Counted from the stretch's first letter, positions 29,929 to 41,167 are shown. The stretch is 64,000 nucleotides of DNA from an uncultured SAR86 cluster bacterium (GCA_902511575.1 CABXFU010000005.1:2753-66752); one strand, 5' to 3'. Notes: generated by a model not told the origin, from the sequence alone. Numbers and translations are program-made.

Positions 29929-30200
29929 AAAAAAATCTCTTAATATATATTTTATTTATAAATATTTTTTTTCTACTTTGTCTATGTCTTGAGACTATCA
30001 AAATTAGATGGCAATTTAGTCAAGAGTATGAAAATAATGCTTATCTCCAAGTTGCAAAGAATAAATTAACAGAAATAAATTTTAATTTACAAACTGAATA
30101 CTATCACCAGAGTTCACCAGCAAAGGTTGAACGTCATGCCAAAGAAATTTTAAAAATGGTAGAGATTACCAAAATAACTCACTTAGATTATGAAAAATAA
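29925..30200 (+). CDS. ftsL: Cell division protein FtsL (divergent)
   Basis: 91 aa, TM plus coiled coil, SPAKVERHAKEILKM; between rsmH and ftsI. Confidence 0.75.
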   Translation: MKKNLLIYILFINIFFLLCLCLETIKIRWQFSQEYENNAYLQVAKNKLTEINFNLQTEYYHQSSPAKVERHAKEILKMVEITKITHLDYEK

Positions 30201-31794
30201 TTTTGGTCATAGTTGGCGAGCACATTTAATATATATTTTTTTAGGCATTAGCCTTCTTATCTTAGTTTTTAGAATAGTAAGCCTTCAATATATTGAAGGA
30301 GACTTCTTAGCAACCAAAGGAAAGAATATGCTTGAGACTTCTAGATCAATCCCTGCGAATCGCGGGAGCATATTGGATAGAAATAATTTTCCTCTTGCCG
30401 TATCCATCAATCAGTATGACTTATATGCTTTAAAGCATTTTTCTAAGGAGGATTTTAACAAATTAACAAATATTCTTTTTTTAAAAAAAGATTTTTCCGC
30501 TATTAAGCAGCTTAATAAAAAAACTTTAATTTTTTCTAATCTCGATTTCTCTCAATATGAGAATGTAAAAAGTCTTAATCTTTCTGGTGTTGAGATCGAA
30601 TCATTTCAAAAAAGGTATTATCCATTAGGTGAGCAGGTATCTACCCTGATTGGATTTGCTGGAAAAGATGGATTTGGTTTAGAGGGGCTTGAAAATATTT
30701 TGGATTCTGAGTTATCAGGGGTATCAGGTCGAGAGACCATTTATAGGAATGCAAGCAGGAGACCCCAAGTGACCCAAGAGGTTATCCAGGGACTTGATAC
30801 TAAATTAACTATTGATAGCAGAATTCAATTTTATGCATATAAGCATCTTTCAAGCTTTGTTGAGGCCAATGATGCAAAAGGTGGAAGCGTGATAGTTCTT
30901 GATAATATTTCTGGAGAAATTCTTGCTATCGCAAGTTACCCTTCATACAACCCCAATAGCCCAAAAAGACAGATAAAAAGAAATAGAGCCTTGGTTGATG
31001 CATTCGAACCAGGCTCAATTATAAAACCGCTAGCTTTAGCCAAGGGCATTGATATGGGGATACTCTCTAATACTCAGGTAATAGATACTAGTCCAGGATT
31101 TATAAATTTGAGTGGAAGGATGGTATCTGATCCAAAAAATTATAATAATCTTACTGTTATTGAGGTTATTGCAAAATCAAGCCAAGTTGGAGCCTCGAAG
31201 CTAGCTTTGCAAGTTGGAATAGATGGATTGATTTCAGGCTACAGAGGATTTGGTCTTTCAAAACCACCTAATGTTTTTTTCCCTGGAATTGCTTATGGAG
31301 TTATCAATTCTAGAGAAAATATTTCTGATCATGAAATAGCAAGTATTGGATTTGGCTACAGCATGACTGCTTCCTCATTACAATTAGCTCAAGCATATTC
31401 AGTTTTTGCAAATGAGGGATATCTTAAGGACTTTAAAATCTTTCTAGATAATGCTGAAGTATATCAACAACGAGTAATAGGCAAAGATGCTGCCAATGAT
31501 GTGTTGGAGTCTCTGAAATTAGTTATTTCAGACGGAACAGGAAAATTGGCAAGAATACCAAATTATGATGTGGCAGGAAAAACAGGCACATCTCATAAAG
31601 CTAGTTCTAAGGGTGGATATGATCAAAGTAAATATATAGCTTCTTTTGCAGGAATTGCACCATTAACATCTAAAAGACTTACAATTTTTGTCAGCATTGA
31701 TGAGCCAGGATTAAATAATTATTCTGGTGGTAGTGTAGCCGCTCCATTATTTGCCGCTATTTCTATTGATGTCTTAAATTATCTAGATGAATAA
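30190..31794 (+). CDS. ftsI: Peptidoglycan D,D-transpeptidase FtsI (PBP3)
   Basis: RGSILDRN, RYYP, FEPGSIIK (SxxK), KSSQV, KTGT. Confidence 0.95.
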   Translation: MKNNFGHSWRAHLIYIFLGISLLILVFRIVSLQYIEGDFLATKGKNMLETSRSIPANRGSILDRNNFPLAVSINQYDLYALKHFSKEDFNKLTNILFLKKDFSAIKQLNKKTLIFSNLDFSQYENVKSLNLSGVEIESFQKRYYPLGEQVSTLIGFAGKDGFGLEGLENILDSELSGVSGRETIYRNASRRPQVTQEVIQGLDTKLTIDSRIQFYAYKHLSSFVEANDAKGGSVIVLDNISGEILAIASYPSYNPNSPKRQIKRNRALVDAFEPGSIIKPLALAKGIDMGILSNTQVIDTSPGFINLSGRMVSDPKNYNNLTVIEVIAKSSQVGASKLALQVGIDGLISGYRGFGLSKPPNVFFPGIAYGVINSRENISDHEIASIGFGYSMTASSLQLAQAYSVFANEGYLKDFKIFLDNAEVYQQRVIGKDAANDVLESLKLVISDGTGKLARIPNYDVAGKTGTSHKASSKGGYDQSKYIASFAGIAPLTSKRLTIFVSIDEPGLNNYSGGSVAAPLFAAISIDVLNYLDE

Positions 31795-33247
31795 ACTATC
31801 TCTTATTAAACCTTTTATTAAAACGAATGTATTTGATAAATGCGTTATTTCATCCATCACTGACGACTCTAGAGATGTCCAAAAAAATTCTTTATTTGTT
31901 GCAAGACAAGGAATAGCATCTCACGGAAAAGATTTTGTGAAAGATGCTATTAGAAGGGGCGCATCTTGCATTATCAGTGATCAGAACTTTGAGGATAGGA
32001 TAGAGATACCAATTTATTGCTTAAATAATTTAGAAGACCAAATCTTAGAAATCCTTTTTAGATTTCATGAACTCAGTGTGGATAATTTTGTCTTTCATGG
32101 TGTAACAGGTACTAATGGTAAAACAACAACTGCATTCATGGCACACAACATTATAAGAGGGCTTGAAAAACCTTCAATTTATATTGGAACTCTGGGAGCA
32201 TTTATCAATGATGATCTTATTCAAACCAAAGGCAATACAACGCCTGGAATATTTGAGATATTACAAATTTTACAAGCCAGTAAGGCAAAACAAAAAACGT
32301 ATGTTTTTCTTGAAATCTCTTCACATGCGTTAGAGCAAAAAAGGTTAGGCAGCTTACCCTTTTTTCAAACTATATTACTCAATATTCAATCTGATCATCT
32401 CGATTATCATAAAACATATAAAAACTACATTGATGCAAAATTATCTATTACAGAGCTGAATAATAAGCACCCTACAATTATTTTTTTTGATAAAATTCAA
32501 GATTTGCTAGAATCTTTATCTAGCTCTCAAAAAAAACAACTCTCAACATCAACATTCTTAAGTGCTAAAAATTCATCAGCCATGTTCAAGTATTCCGTGA
32601 ACTATAAAACCCACGAGCCTTCAAAAATTAATTTAAATTTCCCAAGGATAACCTTGAGTATTTATTGCTCATTATTTCTTAAATTTAATATTGAGAACTA
32701 TATTTCTGCTATTGCGTTAATTTCAAAGCATATCTCTTCAACTAATTTAAATACTCTCAACAACACTTCAATTAAGTTACCTCAAGGAAGAGGAGAATTA
32801 TTAAAGTTAAAACAAGGAAAAATTTTGATTGATTTTGCTCATGATCATCTTTCTATCTTTAATATTTTGTCTGAATTAGCCAATTCCTATAATGAAATAA
32901 TTGTAGTTTTCGGATGCGGTGGAGATAGAGATAAATCTAAGAGACCTAAAATGATGAGAGTAGTGCAAGATTTTGCAAGTAAAATATTTTTTACATCAGA
33001 TAATAATCGCTATGAATCTTTCTCTTCCATCGCATCAGATGCAATGCAGGGAAACGATCATTCAGGCGCTGAAATTATTGAGGATAGGCAAGAGGCCATA
33101 AGATCGGCACTTCCTCACTTAAATAATGAAAATATATTGGTAATATTAGGTAAAGGACATGAAACAGATATAGAGATATTAGGAAAAAAAGTTCCATTTA
33201 ATGATAAAGATTGTGTTTTAAAAATTATGGGCGATGAAATTAATTAA
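31787..33247 (+). CDS. murE: UDP-MurNAc-tripeptide synthetase
   Basis: GVTGTNGKTTT, EISSHAL, DHLDYH, FGCGGDRD, GKGHE. Confidence 0.95.
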   Translation: MNKLSLIKPFIKTNVFDKCVISSITDDSRDVQKNSLFVARQGIASHGKDFVKDAIRRGASCIISDQNFEDRIEIPIYCLNNLEDQILEILFRFHELSVDNFVFHGVTGTNGKTTTAFMAHNIIRGLEKPSIYIGTLGAFINDDLIQTKGNTTPGIFEILQILQASKAKQKTYVFLEISSHALEQKRLGSLPFFQTILLNIQSDHLDYHKTYKNYIDAKLSITELNNKHPTIIFFDKIQDLLESLSSSQKKQLSTSTFLSAKNSSAMFKYSVNYKTHEPSKINLNFPRITLSIYCSLFLKFNIENYISAIALISKHISSTNLNTLNNTSIKLPQGRGELLKLKQGKILIDFAHDHLSIFNILSELANSYNEIIVVFGCGGDRDKSKRPKMMRVVQDFASKIFFTSDNNRYESFSSIASDAMQGNDHSGAEIIEDRQEAIRSALPHLNNENILVILGKGHETDIEILGKKVPFNDKDCVLKIMGDEIN

Positions 33248-34580
33248 CAATACAAAAGATTTTTTAACTTTACTTAAGCTTGATGGTAAATCAAGCTTGC
33301 CAATTAGAAATTTCCAAATAGATTCAAGAAAGGTGCAAAAGAATTCAGTTTTTTTTGGTCTTAATGGCTCAAATGAAGATGGTAGCCTTTATGCGGAGGA
33401 TGCAATTAAAAATGGAGCATCCCTTGCCATTGTAAAAAAAAGAAAAACAGCAAATTCTATATTTAATTCATCAAAACTCATTAAAGTTCAAAGTCCGGAA
33501 GATGTTCTTATTCAGGCTGCTGAGATCGCAATGGAGAGATACAAGGGGAACATTATTGGAGTTACAGGCAGCAATGGAAAAACAACTACAAAAAATATTT
33601 TGAATTCCTGCATAAAAGATAGTTATGCCACTTACCAAAACTATAACAATGAAATTGGTTTACCACTCTGTGCTTTAGAATTAGATTCACAAAAAAGTAC
33701 TGCAATTTTTGAAATGGGTGCAGCAAAAAAGGGTGATATAGATCTTCTATCTAAAATTATTAAACCGAATATAGGTATTATTACTCATATAGGCCACTCA
33801 CATTTAGACGGACTAAACTCTGTTCAAGGAGTGCTAAAGGTAAAGTCAGAACTAATCAATAATATTAAACAAAACGGCTCAGCTATTGTTCCAGATGGTA
33901 AATATCTTAATTATTGGAAAAAAATAAGAAACGATATTACTTTTTATACATTTGGTGAAAAATCTTCAGCATCTTATTTCCCAACTAAAATTAAGATGTC
34001 AAAACGAGGCCTATCTTTTTTTATTGAATCCATGCATTTAAAGAAAAGAATTCATGTAAAAACAAGACTTATAGGAATGCATAATGTGCTAAATATTCTT
34101 GCTTCTTTTGCGGCAATCCATATTTCTCAACTAAACATAGAGGAATTTTTAGATGGTTTGAGGCGCCTGCAAAACCCTCCTCAACGTTTAGATCTTAAAA
34201 CATGGGTAAAAAAATCACAGGTCATCGATGATACATACAATGCTAATCCTGACTCTATGAGAGCTGCAATAGATGTTTTAAGTCAATTTAAAGGAAGAAA
34301 GATTGCAATTCTTGGAGATATGGCAGAACTAGGTAGATATAGAAAAAAACTACACATTGCTATGGGAGACTATGCCAAAATACATGGAGTAGATTGTTTG
34401 CTTGGATATGGAGACCTAATCCGTCATGCTGTGTTTGCATATGGTGATAATGCCTTTTTCTTTAACAGCAAAATAGAGTTGATAGATTTTCTAAAAAAAA
34501 ATCTAGTCGGAAAAGAGAACATACTAATCAAAGGCTCAAGATCAATGCGAATGGAAGAAATTCTAGAGTTATGGAAATAA
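33234..34580 (+). CDS. murF: UDP-MurNAc-tripeptide:D-Ala-D-Ala ligase
   Basis: VTGSNGKTTTK, NNEIGLP, DDTYNANPDS, GDMAELG, KGSR. Confidence 0.96.
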   Translation: MKLINNTKDFLTLLKLDGKSSLPIRNFQIDSRKVQKNSVFFGLNGSNEDGSLYAEDAIKNGASLAIVKKRKTANSIFNSSKLIKVQSPEDVLIQAAEIAMERYKGNIIGVTGSNGKTTTKNILNSCIKDSYATYQNYNNEIGLPLCALELDSQKSTAIFEMGAAKKGDIDLLSKIIKPNIGIITHIGHSHLDGLNSVQGVLKVKSELINNIKQNGSAIVPDGKYLNYWKKIRNDITFYTFGEKSSASYFPTKIKMSKRGLSFFIESMHLKKRIHVKTRLIGMHNVLNILASFAAIHISQLNIEEFLDGLRRLQNPPQRLDLKTWVKKSQVIDDTYNANPDSMRAAIDVLSQFKGRKIAILGDMAELGRYRKKLHIAMGDYAKIHGVDCLLGYGDLIRHAVFAYGDNAFFFNSKIELIDFLKKNLVGKENILIKGSRSMRMEEILELWK

Positions 34581-34581
34581 T

Positions 34582-35667
34582 ATGATTGAATTACTTGGCA
34601 CTTGGTTAATGACATATGATTCTGGCTTCGATGTTCTGCGTTATTTAACTGTAAGAACTATTGGCGGAACTTTAACTGCGCTAATGTTATCAATTTTTAT
34701 TGGCCCAGCTTTAATAAAATTCTTATCAAATATTCAGTTCTCACAATCGATTAGGGGAGATGGACCTGAATCACACCTAGCAAAATCTGGAACCCCAACC
34801 ATGGGAGGGTTAATTATTATCTCCTCATTAATTATCTCAACATTGCTTTGGTCAGATTTTAAAAATCCATATATATGGATTTTACTTTTTATTACTGTCT
34901 CTTTTAGCCTAATAGGATTTCTTGATGATTGGTTAAAAATTAAGGAAAAAAATTCAAAAGGTTTAAAGGGGAGATATAAGATTATATTGCAATTTATTTT
35001 TGCTTTGATGGCAATGCTATTTATGTTGGAGGTTTCTCCTGCTGGGAATGAGCAAATTTTTATTCTGCCTTTTAATAAAGAGTACATATTTGCAATCTCA
35101 CCTTTTATTTTCTTGCTTATAAGTATTTTTGTAATAATGGGTTCATCTAATGCAGTTAATCTGACCGATGGTCTAGACGGGCTTGCAATTCTCCCTACAG
35201 TCTTAATAGCTGGGGGCCTGGGCCTGATTGCTTATGCATCTGGAAATTTAATTATATCTGACTATTTATTTATTCCATTTAACCCTCTTAGCGGTGAGTT
35301 AATTGTTTTTTGCGGAGCATTGATTGGAGCTGGGATAGGTTTTCTATGGTACAACACATACCCTGCACAGATTTTCATGGGTGACTTGGGATCTTTAACG
35401 CTTGGAGGAATTTTAGGCACTCTAGCAGTGCTAATTCGGCATGAGGTAGTTTTTGCTATTATGGCCGGAGTTTTTGTGATGGAAACTTTGAGCGTTATTA
35501 TCCAAGTCGGTTCATATAAATTAAGAGGTAAAAGGGTTTTTTTAATGGCACCCATTCATCATCATTTTGAATTGAAGGGCTGGGCCGAGCCAAAGGTCAT
35601 TGTCCGATTCTGGATTATAACTTTTGTTCTTGTTTTATTTGCACTCGCAACCCTAAAATTAAGATAA
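34582..35667 (+). CDS. mraY: Phospho-MurNAc-pentapeptide transferase
   Basis: KSGTPTMGG, NAVNLTDGLDGLA, FMGD, MAPIHHHFE. Confidence 0.98.
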   Translation: MIELLGTWLMTYDSGFDVLRYLTVRTIGGTLTALMLSIFIGPALIKFLSNIQFSQSIRGDGPESHLAKSGTPTMGGLIIISSLIISTLLWSDFKNPYIWILLFITVSFSLIGFLDDWLKIKEKNSKGLKGRYKIILQFIFALMAMLFMLEVSPAGNEQIFILPFNKEYIFAISPFIFLLISIFVIMGSSNAVNLTDGLDGLAILPTVLIAGGLGLIAYASGNLIISDYLFIPFNPLSGELIVFCGALIGAGIGFLWYNTYPAQIFMGDLGSLTLGGILGTLAVLIRHEVVFAIMAGVFVMETLSVIIQVGSYKLRGKRVFLMAPIHHHFELKGWAEPKVIVRFWIITFVLVLFALATLKLR

Positions 35668-35673
35668 TCCTTA

Positions 35674-36735
35674 ATGAAATCTCTTATTTTTGGTTATGGA
35701 GTTACAGGCCAATCTTTTGAAAGATATTTAAAGAAAAAAAATATAGTCTTCGAAATTTATGATGCAAATCTAATAGGGCCCAATATCAACAATATACTAC
35801 CTGATCAAAAAAAATTAGAATCTTATGAAATGATCTACATGAGCCCAGGAATCAATCTTCAGGAGATTTATTCAAAAGGAGAGTTTGATGGAATTCCCTA
35901 TTTAACTGACATAGATATTTTTTTCCAAGAAGATCATTCTTATAAGATCGGTATTACTGGCACAAATGGAAAGAGTACTTGCTGCTATCATTTGTATCAG
36001 CTTTTGGAGAATTCTCAACTCGTTGGCAATATTGGAACTCCGGTATTGGATAATATTAATTCGTGCTCATATTCGATTATTGAACTTTCAAGCTTTCAGC
36101 TAGAGAAGGCAAAGGAATTGCATTTAGATTTTGGAGTTCTTTTAAATATTTCACCTGATCATGTTGATTATCATGGAAGTTTCTCAGAATATGCAAAGGT
36201 TAAAAATAGAATTAAGGAATCAAAAATAGTAACTGAAGAATCAGACCCAAGGAAATTGTGGTCCATGATTACAGGCAGAGATCAAAGAGAGGTTATGAAT
36301 ATTGCATTATTAGATTTGCCTCATAGATATCAAAAGGTTTTAAAGCATGATCAGCTAACATTTATCAATGATTCAAAGGCAACTAATTTGACTGCGTTGA
36401 AATATGCTTTAAATCAAACCTCTGGTCCTTGTGTACTAATTCTTTGCGGGGATCCTGATAAAGAGCAATATGATTTCTATGAAACCTCTGATCCATTTAA
36501 GATCTATATCTTTGGTAAACATGCAGAAGATATATCAAAGAAATTATTTCATTCAGAAAAAATATTATTCCATAATCAAGATCTGTCTATAGTAATAAAG
36601 TCTATTTTTAATGAAGTTTACGATCGCCACACAACCATACTATTTTCACCAGGTCATCCTAGCGGTCAAGATTATAAAAATTTTGAAGAACGTGGAGAGC
36701 ACTTTATAAAATTAGTAATGAATTTATATGATTGA
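35674..36735 (+). CDS. murD: UDP-MurNAc-L-Ala:D-Glu ligase (shortened, 353 aa)
   Basis: GITGTNGKST, GNIG, ELSSFQLE, NDSKATN, FEERG. Confidence 0.92.
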   Translation: MKSLIFGYGVTGQSFERYLKKKNIVFEIYDANLIGPNINNILPDQKKLESYEMIYMSPGINLQEIYSKGEFDGIPYLTDIDIFFQEDHSYKIGITGTNGKSTCCYHLYQLLENSQLVGNIGTPVLDNINSCSYSIIELSSFQLEKAKELHLDFGVLLNISPDHVDYHGSFSEYAKVKNRIKESKIVTEESDPRKLWSMITGRDQREVMNIALLDLPHRYQKVLKHDQLTFINDSKATNLTALKYALNQTSGPCVLILCGDPDKEQYDFYETSDPFKIYIFGKHAEDISKKLFHSEKILFHNQDLSIVIKSIFNEVYDRHTTILFSPGHPSGQDYKNFEERGEHFIKLVMNLYD

Positions 36736-37831
36736 TCGAGAAAATATATTCATTATTCTTCCATACTTCTGTTTGCTATTCATTGGTATGGTGATGGTTG
36801 CATCTTCGAGTGTTTATGTTTCTGAAGATATTTACGGGACTCCATTCCATTTTGCATCAAGACAAATAATTTTTTTCATTGTCGGCATTGTTGCAACAAT
36901 CGTTGCCTTAAGCATCCCTTCAAATTTATTTCTTACATTGGATTGGGTCATTTTAATGGGATCCTTCCTGTTGCTTATCGCTCTTTTTTTTCCTGGAGTA
37001 GGCACAGAAGTAAATGGAAGCTTGAGGTGGATTAGATTAGGACCAATCAACATTCAGCCCTCCGAAGTCAGCAAGTTAGCTCTGGTAATTTATATTTCTG
37101 GGTACTGTGTTAGAAGATTGGGTGAAATCAATACTTCGCTGGGTTTTTTTAGGCCCTTAATTGTACTAGCTTTTTTTGGACTTTTGATTATGTCTCAACC
37201 TGATCTTGGGTCAACTCTGGTAATAGGAGCTTTGGTTATTGCTGTATTATTTTTTGCAGGAATTTCATTTTTCCAATTCTCTTTATTAGTATCATTAATG
37301 GGCAGTTTGGCTGCAATTGCTATCTATTTAGAGCCATATAGATATATAAGATTTATTTCATTTACTGAGCCATTTGAGAATTTTTATGGACCAGGATGGC
37401 AGTTATCAAATGCTCTGCTTGGAATTGGTAGGGGCGAATGGTTTGGTATGGGCTTGGGGAATAGTCTTCAAAAAAATTTGTACCTCCCTGAACCACATAC
37501 TGATTTTATTTTTGCAGTAATAGTTGAAGAATTTGGATTGGTTGGAGGATTGATAGTCATTTTACTCTTTGCCTTATTAATTTATGGAATTCTCGCAACA
37601 TCCATCAAAGCACTTGAGCTTGGTAAATTGTTTCAGGGGTTGCTTGCCTTTGGAGCGGGAATTTTAATCGCAATTCAAGTAGTATTTAACTTAGGAGTGA
37701 ATCTTGGACTCTTGCCTACAAAAGGGTTAACTCTCCCATTTATTAGCTATGGGGGAACAAGTCTAATTTTATTCATGTTTTTAATGGGCATGGTGTTGAG
37801 AATTAATTTTGAAAATAAAACGATAAAGTAA
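36728..37831 (+). CDS. ftsW: SEDS peptidoglycan glycosyltransferase FtsW
   Basis: RWIRLG..IQPSE, QPDLG, YLPEPHTDFIF, LPFISYGG. Confidence 0.96.
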   Translation: MIDRENIFIILPYFCLLFIGMVMVASSSVYVSEDIYGTPFHFASRQIIFFIVGIVATIVALSIPSNLFLTLDWVILMGSFLLLIALFFPGVGTEVNGSLRWIRLGPINIQPSEVSKLALVIYISGYCVRRLGEINTSLGFFRPLIVLAFFGLLIMSQPDLGSTLVIGALVIAVLFFAGISFFQFSLLVSLMGSLAAIAIYLEPYRYIRFISFTEPFENFYGPGWQLSNALLGIGRGEWFGMGLGNSLQKNLYLPEPHTDFIFAVIVEEFGLVGGLIVILLFALLIYGILATSIKALELGKLFQGLLAFGAGILIAIQVVFNLGVNLGLLPTKGLTLPFISYGGTSLILFMFLMGMVLRINFENKTIK

Positions 37832-38862
37832 TGAAATTTTTAATTTCCGCAGCTGGAACTGGAGGGCACGTTTTTCCAGCATTAGAGTTTGGCAAGGAAT
37901 GCATTAAAAATGATCATGATGTAGTCTGGATTGGAACAAAAAATGGCATAGAGAATAGAGTTGTTCCTGAGGAAATAAAGCTATTAACTATTCCCATGAG
38001 AGGATTTAGAGGAAAGAAATTTTTTTTAAAAATCGTTTCCTTATTCGGTTTAATCGCTTCAATTTTTAAAAGCATTTATTACATACAAAAAAATAATACT
38101 GATTACATTGTATGCTTTGGAGGTTATATTTCCCTGCCAGTAGGTTTATCAGCGTGGATATGTAGAAAACCTCTTTTTTTGCATGAGCAAAATGCAATTA
38201 TGGGAACCTCTAACAAGGCATTAAAAAAATTTTCAGAATTAATTTTTTTAGGATTCCCAATTAATGAGTCAGTTACAAAAAAAATGAAGCTAGTTGGAAA
38301 TCCCATAAAAAAATTAAATAAAAATTCTTCTTTAGATTCCAATCAAGAGCCCTTGAGAGTATATGTAACTGGCGGGAGTCAAGGCTCTGAATTTATTAAT
38401 CAAAATATCCCTATAGCCTTAAATGCCCTAGAAATGCCCCTAGAGGTAAGACATCAGTCTGGAAGCGGAAAATCCATAGGAGTAAAAGAATTGTATTCAA
38501 ATAATATTACTGTTGAGGTAAAGGAGTTTTATGATTTGCCGCAAGATTCAATTGTCTGGTCGCATTTTATTATTTCTAGGGCTGGCGCATTATCTCTATC
38601 AGAATCTATGAGTTTAAAAAGAGGATCGGTGATGATTCCTCTGCCATCAGCTATTGATAATCATCAGCTATTAAATGCAAGCAATATTGTAGATTTAGGT
38701 ATGGGGTTGGTTCATGAAGAGTTTGAATCGTTGGAATTATTATCTCAAAAACTAAAAAATATTATTGTGAGTAGAGAATATGTGCAATGGTCCAAGAAAG
38801 AGAATAATTTAGATCATTTCCAAGCCGCTAGAACAATGTTAAGTTCAATTCTAAAATTTTAA
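37831..38862 (+). CDS. murG: Lipid II N-acetylglucosaminyltransferase
   Basis: GTGGHVFP, HEQNA, GNP, GGSQGS, SRAGA, HQLLNA. Confidence 0.96.
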   Translation: MKFLISAAGTGGHVFPALEFGKECIKNDHDVVWIGTKNGIENRVVPEEIKLLTIPMRGFRGKKFFLKIVSLFGLIASIFKSIYYIQKNNTDYIVCFGGYISLPVGLSAWICRKPLFLHEQNAIMGTSNKALKKFSELIFLGFPINESVTKKMKLVGNPIKKLNKNSSLDSNQEPLRVYVTGGSQGSEFINQNIPIALNALEMPLEVRHQSGSGKSIGVKELYSNNITVEVKEFYDLPQDSIVWSHFIISRAGALSLSESMSLKRGSVMIPLPSAIDNHQLLNASNIVDLGMGLVHEEFESLELLSQKLKNIIVSREYVQWSKKENNLDHFQAARTMLSSILKF

Positions 38863-38870
38863 AAAAATAC

Positions 38871-40262
38871 ATGGCTTATCTAGGATTTCAAAAGTTTAAA
38901 AAAATTCATATGATTGGCATTGGCGGTTCCGGAATGATCGGAGTGGCGACTATTTTACAAAAACGTGGTTTTAAAGTTACAGGTTCAGATCTTGTAATAA
39001 CTGACGAGCTGAAGGAATTAAAAAAATTAGGTGCTAAAGTTCAAATTGGTCATGAGCCTAAGCTTATTAAAAATGCAGATTTAGTTGTTGCTTCTTCAGC
39101 AATATCCAAGAAAAACTCTGAACTCTTGCATGCCAAGAATTCTGGAATAACTATTATTCCAAGAGCTGAAATGCTTGGAACTCTTATGAGGCCCTATCGG
39201 AGCGTTGCAATTGCTGGTAGTCACGGCAAGACAACTACAACAAGCATTATTGCAAGTATTTTTAATGCGGCAAATTTAAGCCCAACTTATGTTATTGGAG
39301 GTCAAGTATTAAGCGTTGGTAGAAGCTCTAATCTTGGAGATGGCAATTATATTATTGTAGAAGCAGATGAAAGCGATGGATCATTTTTACATCTGCAGCC
39401 TGATGTTGCTGTGATCACTAATATTGATAATGATCATTTAAGTTTCTATGAATCAGATCAGGAAAAATTAAATCAGTCTTTTGTAAATTTTGCAGAAAAT
39501 TTACCTTTTTATGGCCACATCATTCTCAATATAGACGATGCAAACGTTCGTAAAATTTCTAAAGATATTCATAGAACGCAAATTACTTTTGGTTTTAGTT
39601 CAAAAAATAGATTTCAAATAGTCAATATTAAACTAATAAACAGCGTTCAAAAATTTCAATTAATAGATAATGCTAATAAAAAGAACTACAAATTTTCTAC
39701 CCATTTAAGTGGCAAACATAATTTATACAATATTGCTGCAGCTATCTGTGTAGCAATAGAAGAAAATATATCTATAAAGAATATTGCTAAAGGATTGAAT
39801 GACTTTCAAGGAGTCGGAAGAAGGTTTGAGCTTTCAAAAATCTATCTTGCAGATCAACCTCATGTATTAATAGATGATTATGGCCATCATCCCGCTGAAA
39901 TACTATCAACCATTCTGGCAACTAAAGAAAAATTTCCTCGAAAAAAGATTTGCATGATTTTTGAGCCTCATAGATATACAAGAACACAACAACTGTTTGA
40001 TGATTTTGTAAAAGTTCTTTCTAAAGTAGATTTCCTTCTTTTGTTAGATATATATCCGGCAAGCGAAAAACCTATCAAAGGGATTTCATCAAAAAAAATT
40101 GCTTTTCAGATATCGAAGAATCATAAGAATGCTCACTATCTTGGAAATCAAGACCCGATAGATTGGCTCCAAAACAATCATCAAGACTTTTCGATTTTAA
40201 TTACTCAAGGGGCAGGAACAATCTCAAAACTAAATAATGAGATCAAAAAAAAGTGGCAATAA
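38871..40262 (+). CDS. murC: UDP-MurNAc:L-Ala ligase
   Basis: IGIGGSGM, GSHGKTTT, EADESDGSF, DDYGHHP. Confidence 0.97.
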   Translation: MAYLGFQKFKKIHMIGIGGSGMIGVATILQKRGFKVTGSDLVITDELKELKKLGAKVQIGHEPKLIKNADLVVASSAISKKNSELLHAKNSGITIIPRAEMLGTLMRPYRSVAIAGSHGKTTTTSIIASIFNAANLSPTYVIGGQVLSVGRSSNLGDGNYIIVEADESDGSFLHLQPDVAVITNIDNDHLSFYESDQEKLNQSFVNFAENLPFYGHIILNIDDANVRKISKDIHRTQITFGFSSKNRFQIVNIKLINSVQKFQLIDNANKKNYKFSTHLSGKHNLYNIAAAICVAIEENISIKNIAKGLNDFQGVGRRFELSKIYLADQPHVLIDDYGHHPAEILSTILATKEKFPRKKICMIFEPHRYTRTQQLFDDFVKVLSKVDFLLLLDIYPASEKPIKGISSKKIAFQISKNHKNAHYLGNQDPIDWLQNNHQDFSILITQGAGTISKLNNEIKKKWQ

Positions 40263-41167
40263 AAAAAATCATAGTTTTGTATGGTGGGCAATCATCCGAG
40301 CGGGAAGTTTCACTTGAAAGTGGAAAATTTATTTCCCAATCAATAGAAGACTTGGGATATGAAGTTCAACTAATTGACTACCCAGAATACTTTTCGTTCG
40401 AGCAACTCACCCAAGAAGACTTTATTTTTATTGCTCTTCATGGAGAGGATGGTGAATCTGGAGAATTGCAAAAACTTTTGCAACAAAGAGGTATTCCATT
40501 TTCTGGCAGTAGTTTTCAAGCTTGTGTTAATACTTGGAACAAAAATACTTGTAAAGAACTTCTTCAAAAAAATAAACTTCCTACTCCAAGATGGATTACT
40601 ATTTCATCGCTTTCTGAAATAAATGGGAGCCTAGATGATCCTTTTTTTGATCAGCTTAGACCATTTAAAGAGCTTTTTTTAAAGCCTGCAGAAGATGGAT
40701 CTAGTATAGATGTATTTAAAATTTCCAATAATAAAGAATTGGAGTTAGCTATTTCTGATTGTATAAATCCAAGACGGCAATTCATTTTTGAGGAAAGTAT
40801 AGATTTTAAGGAGCTTACCGTTCCCATCCTAAATGGGAAATGCTTGCCTGCCGTTGAGATCAAAACTTCTGAATCCTTTTACAATTTCAATGCAAAATAT
40901 GTGAATGAAGACACCCAGCTTTCCAAGCTAATACTTTCAAAAGATGAAAAAAATCAGCTTGAAGAAATTTGTTTAAGGACTCTTGATGTAATGGGCTGCA
41001 GAGGGTGGTTAAGAGTTGATCTTTTGCAGGACAGCAATAATAATTTTTATGTGCTTGAAGTCAATACCGTGCCGGGCATGACTTCACACAGCTTGTTCCC
41101 AAAATCTGCGCAATCCATCGGCCTATCATATAATGACCTTGTTCAAGAAATTATTAATGCTAAGTAA
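40253..41167 (+). CDS. ddl: D-Ala-D-Ala ligase
   Basis: GGQSSEREVSL, LHGEDGE, FYNFNAKY, LEVNTVPGMT. Confidence 0.96.
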   Translation: MAIKKIIVLYGGQSSEREVSLESGKFISQSIEDLGYEVQLIDYPEYFSFEQLTQEDFIFIALHGEDGESGELQKLLQQRGIPFSGSSFQACVNTWNKNTCKELLQKNKLPTPRWITISSLSEINGSLDDPFFDQLRPFKELFLKPAEDGSSIDVFKISNNKELELAISDCINPRRQFIFEESIDFKELTVPILNGKCLPAVEIKTSESFYNFNAKYVNEDTQLSKLILSKDEKNQLEEICLRTLDVMGCRGWLRVDLLQDSNNNFYVLEVNTVPGMTSHSLFPKSAQSIGLSYNDLVQEIINAK

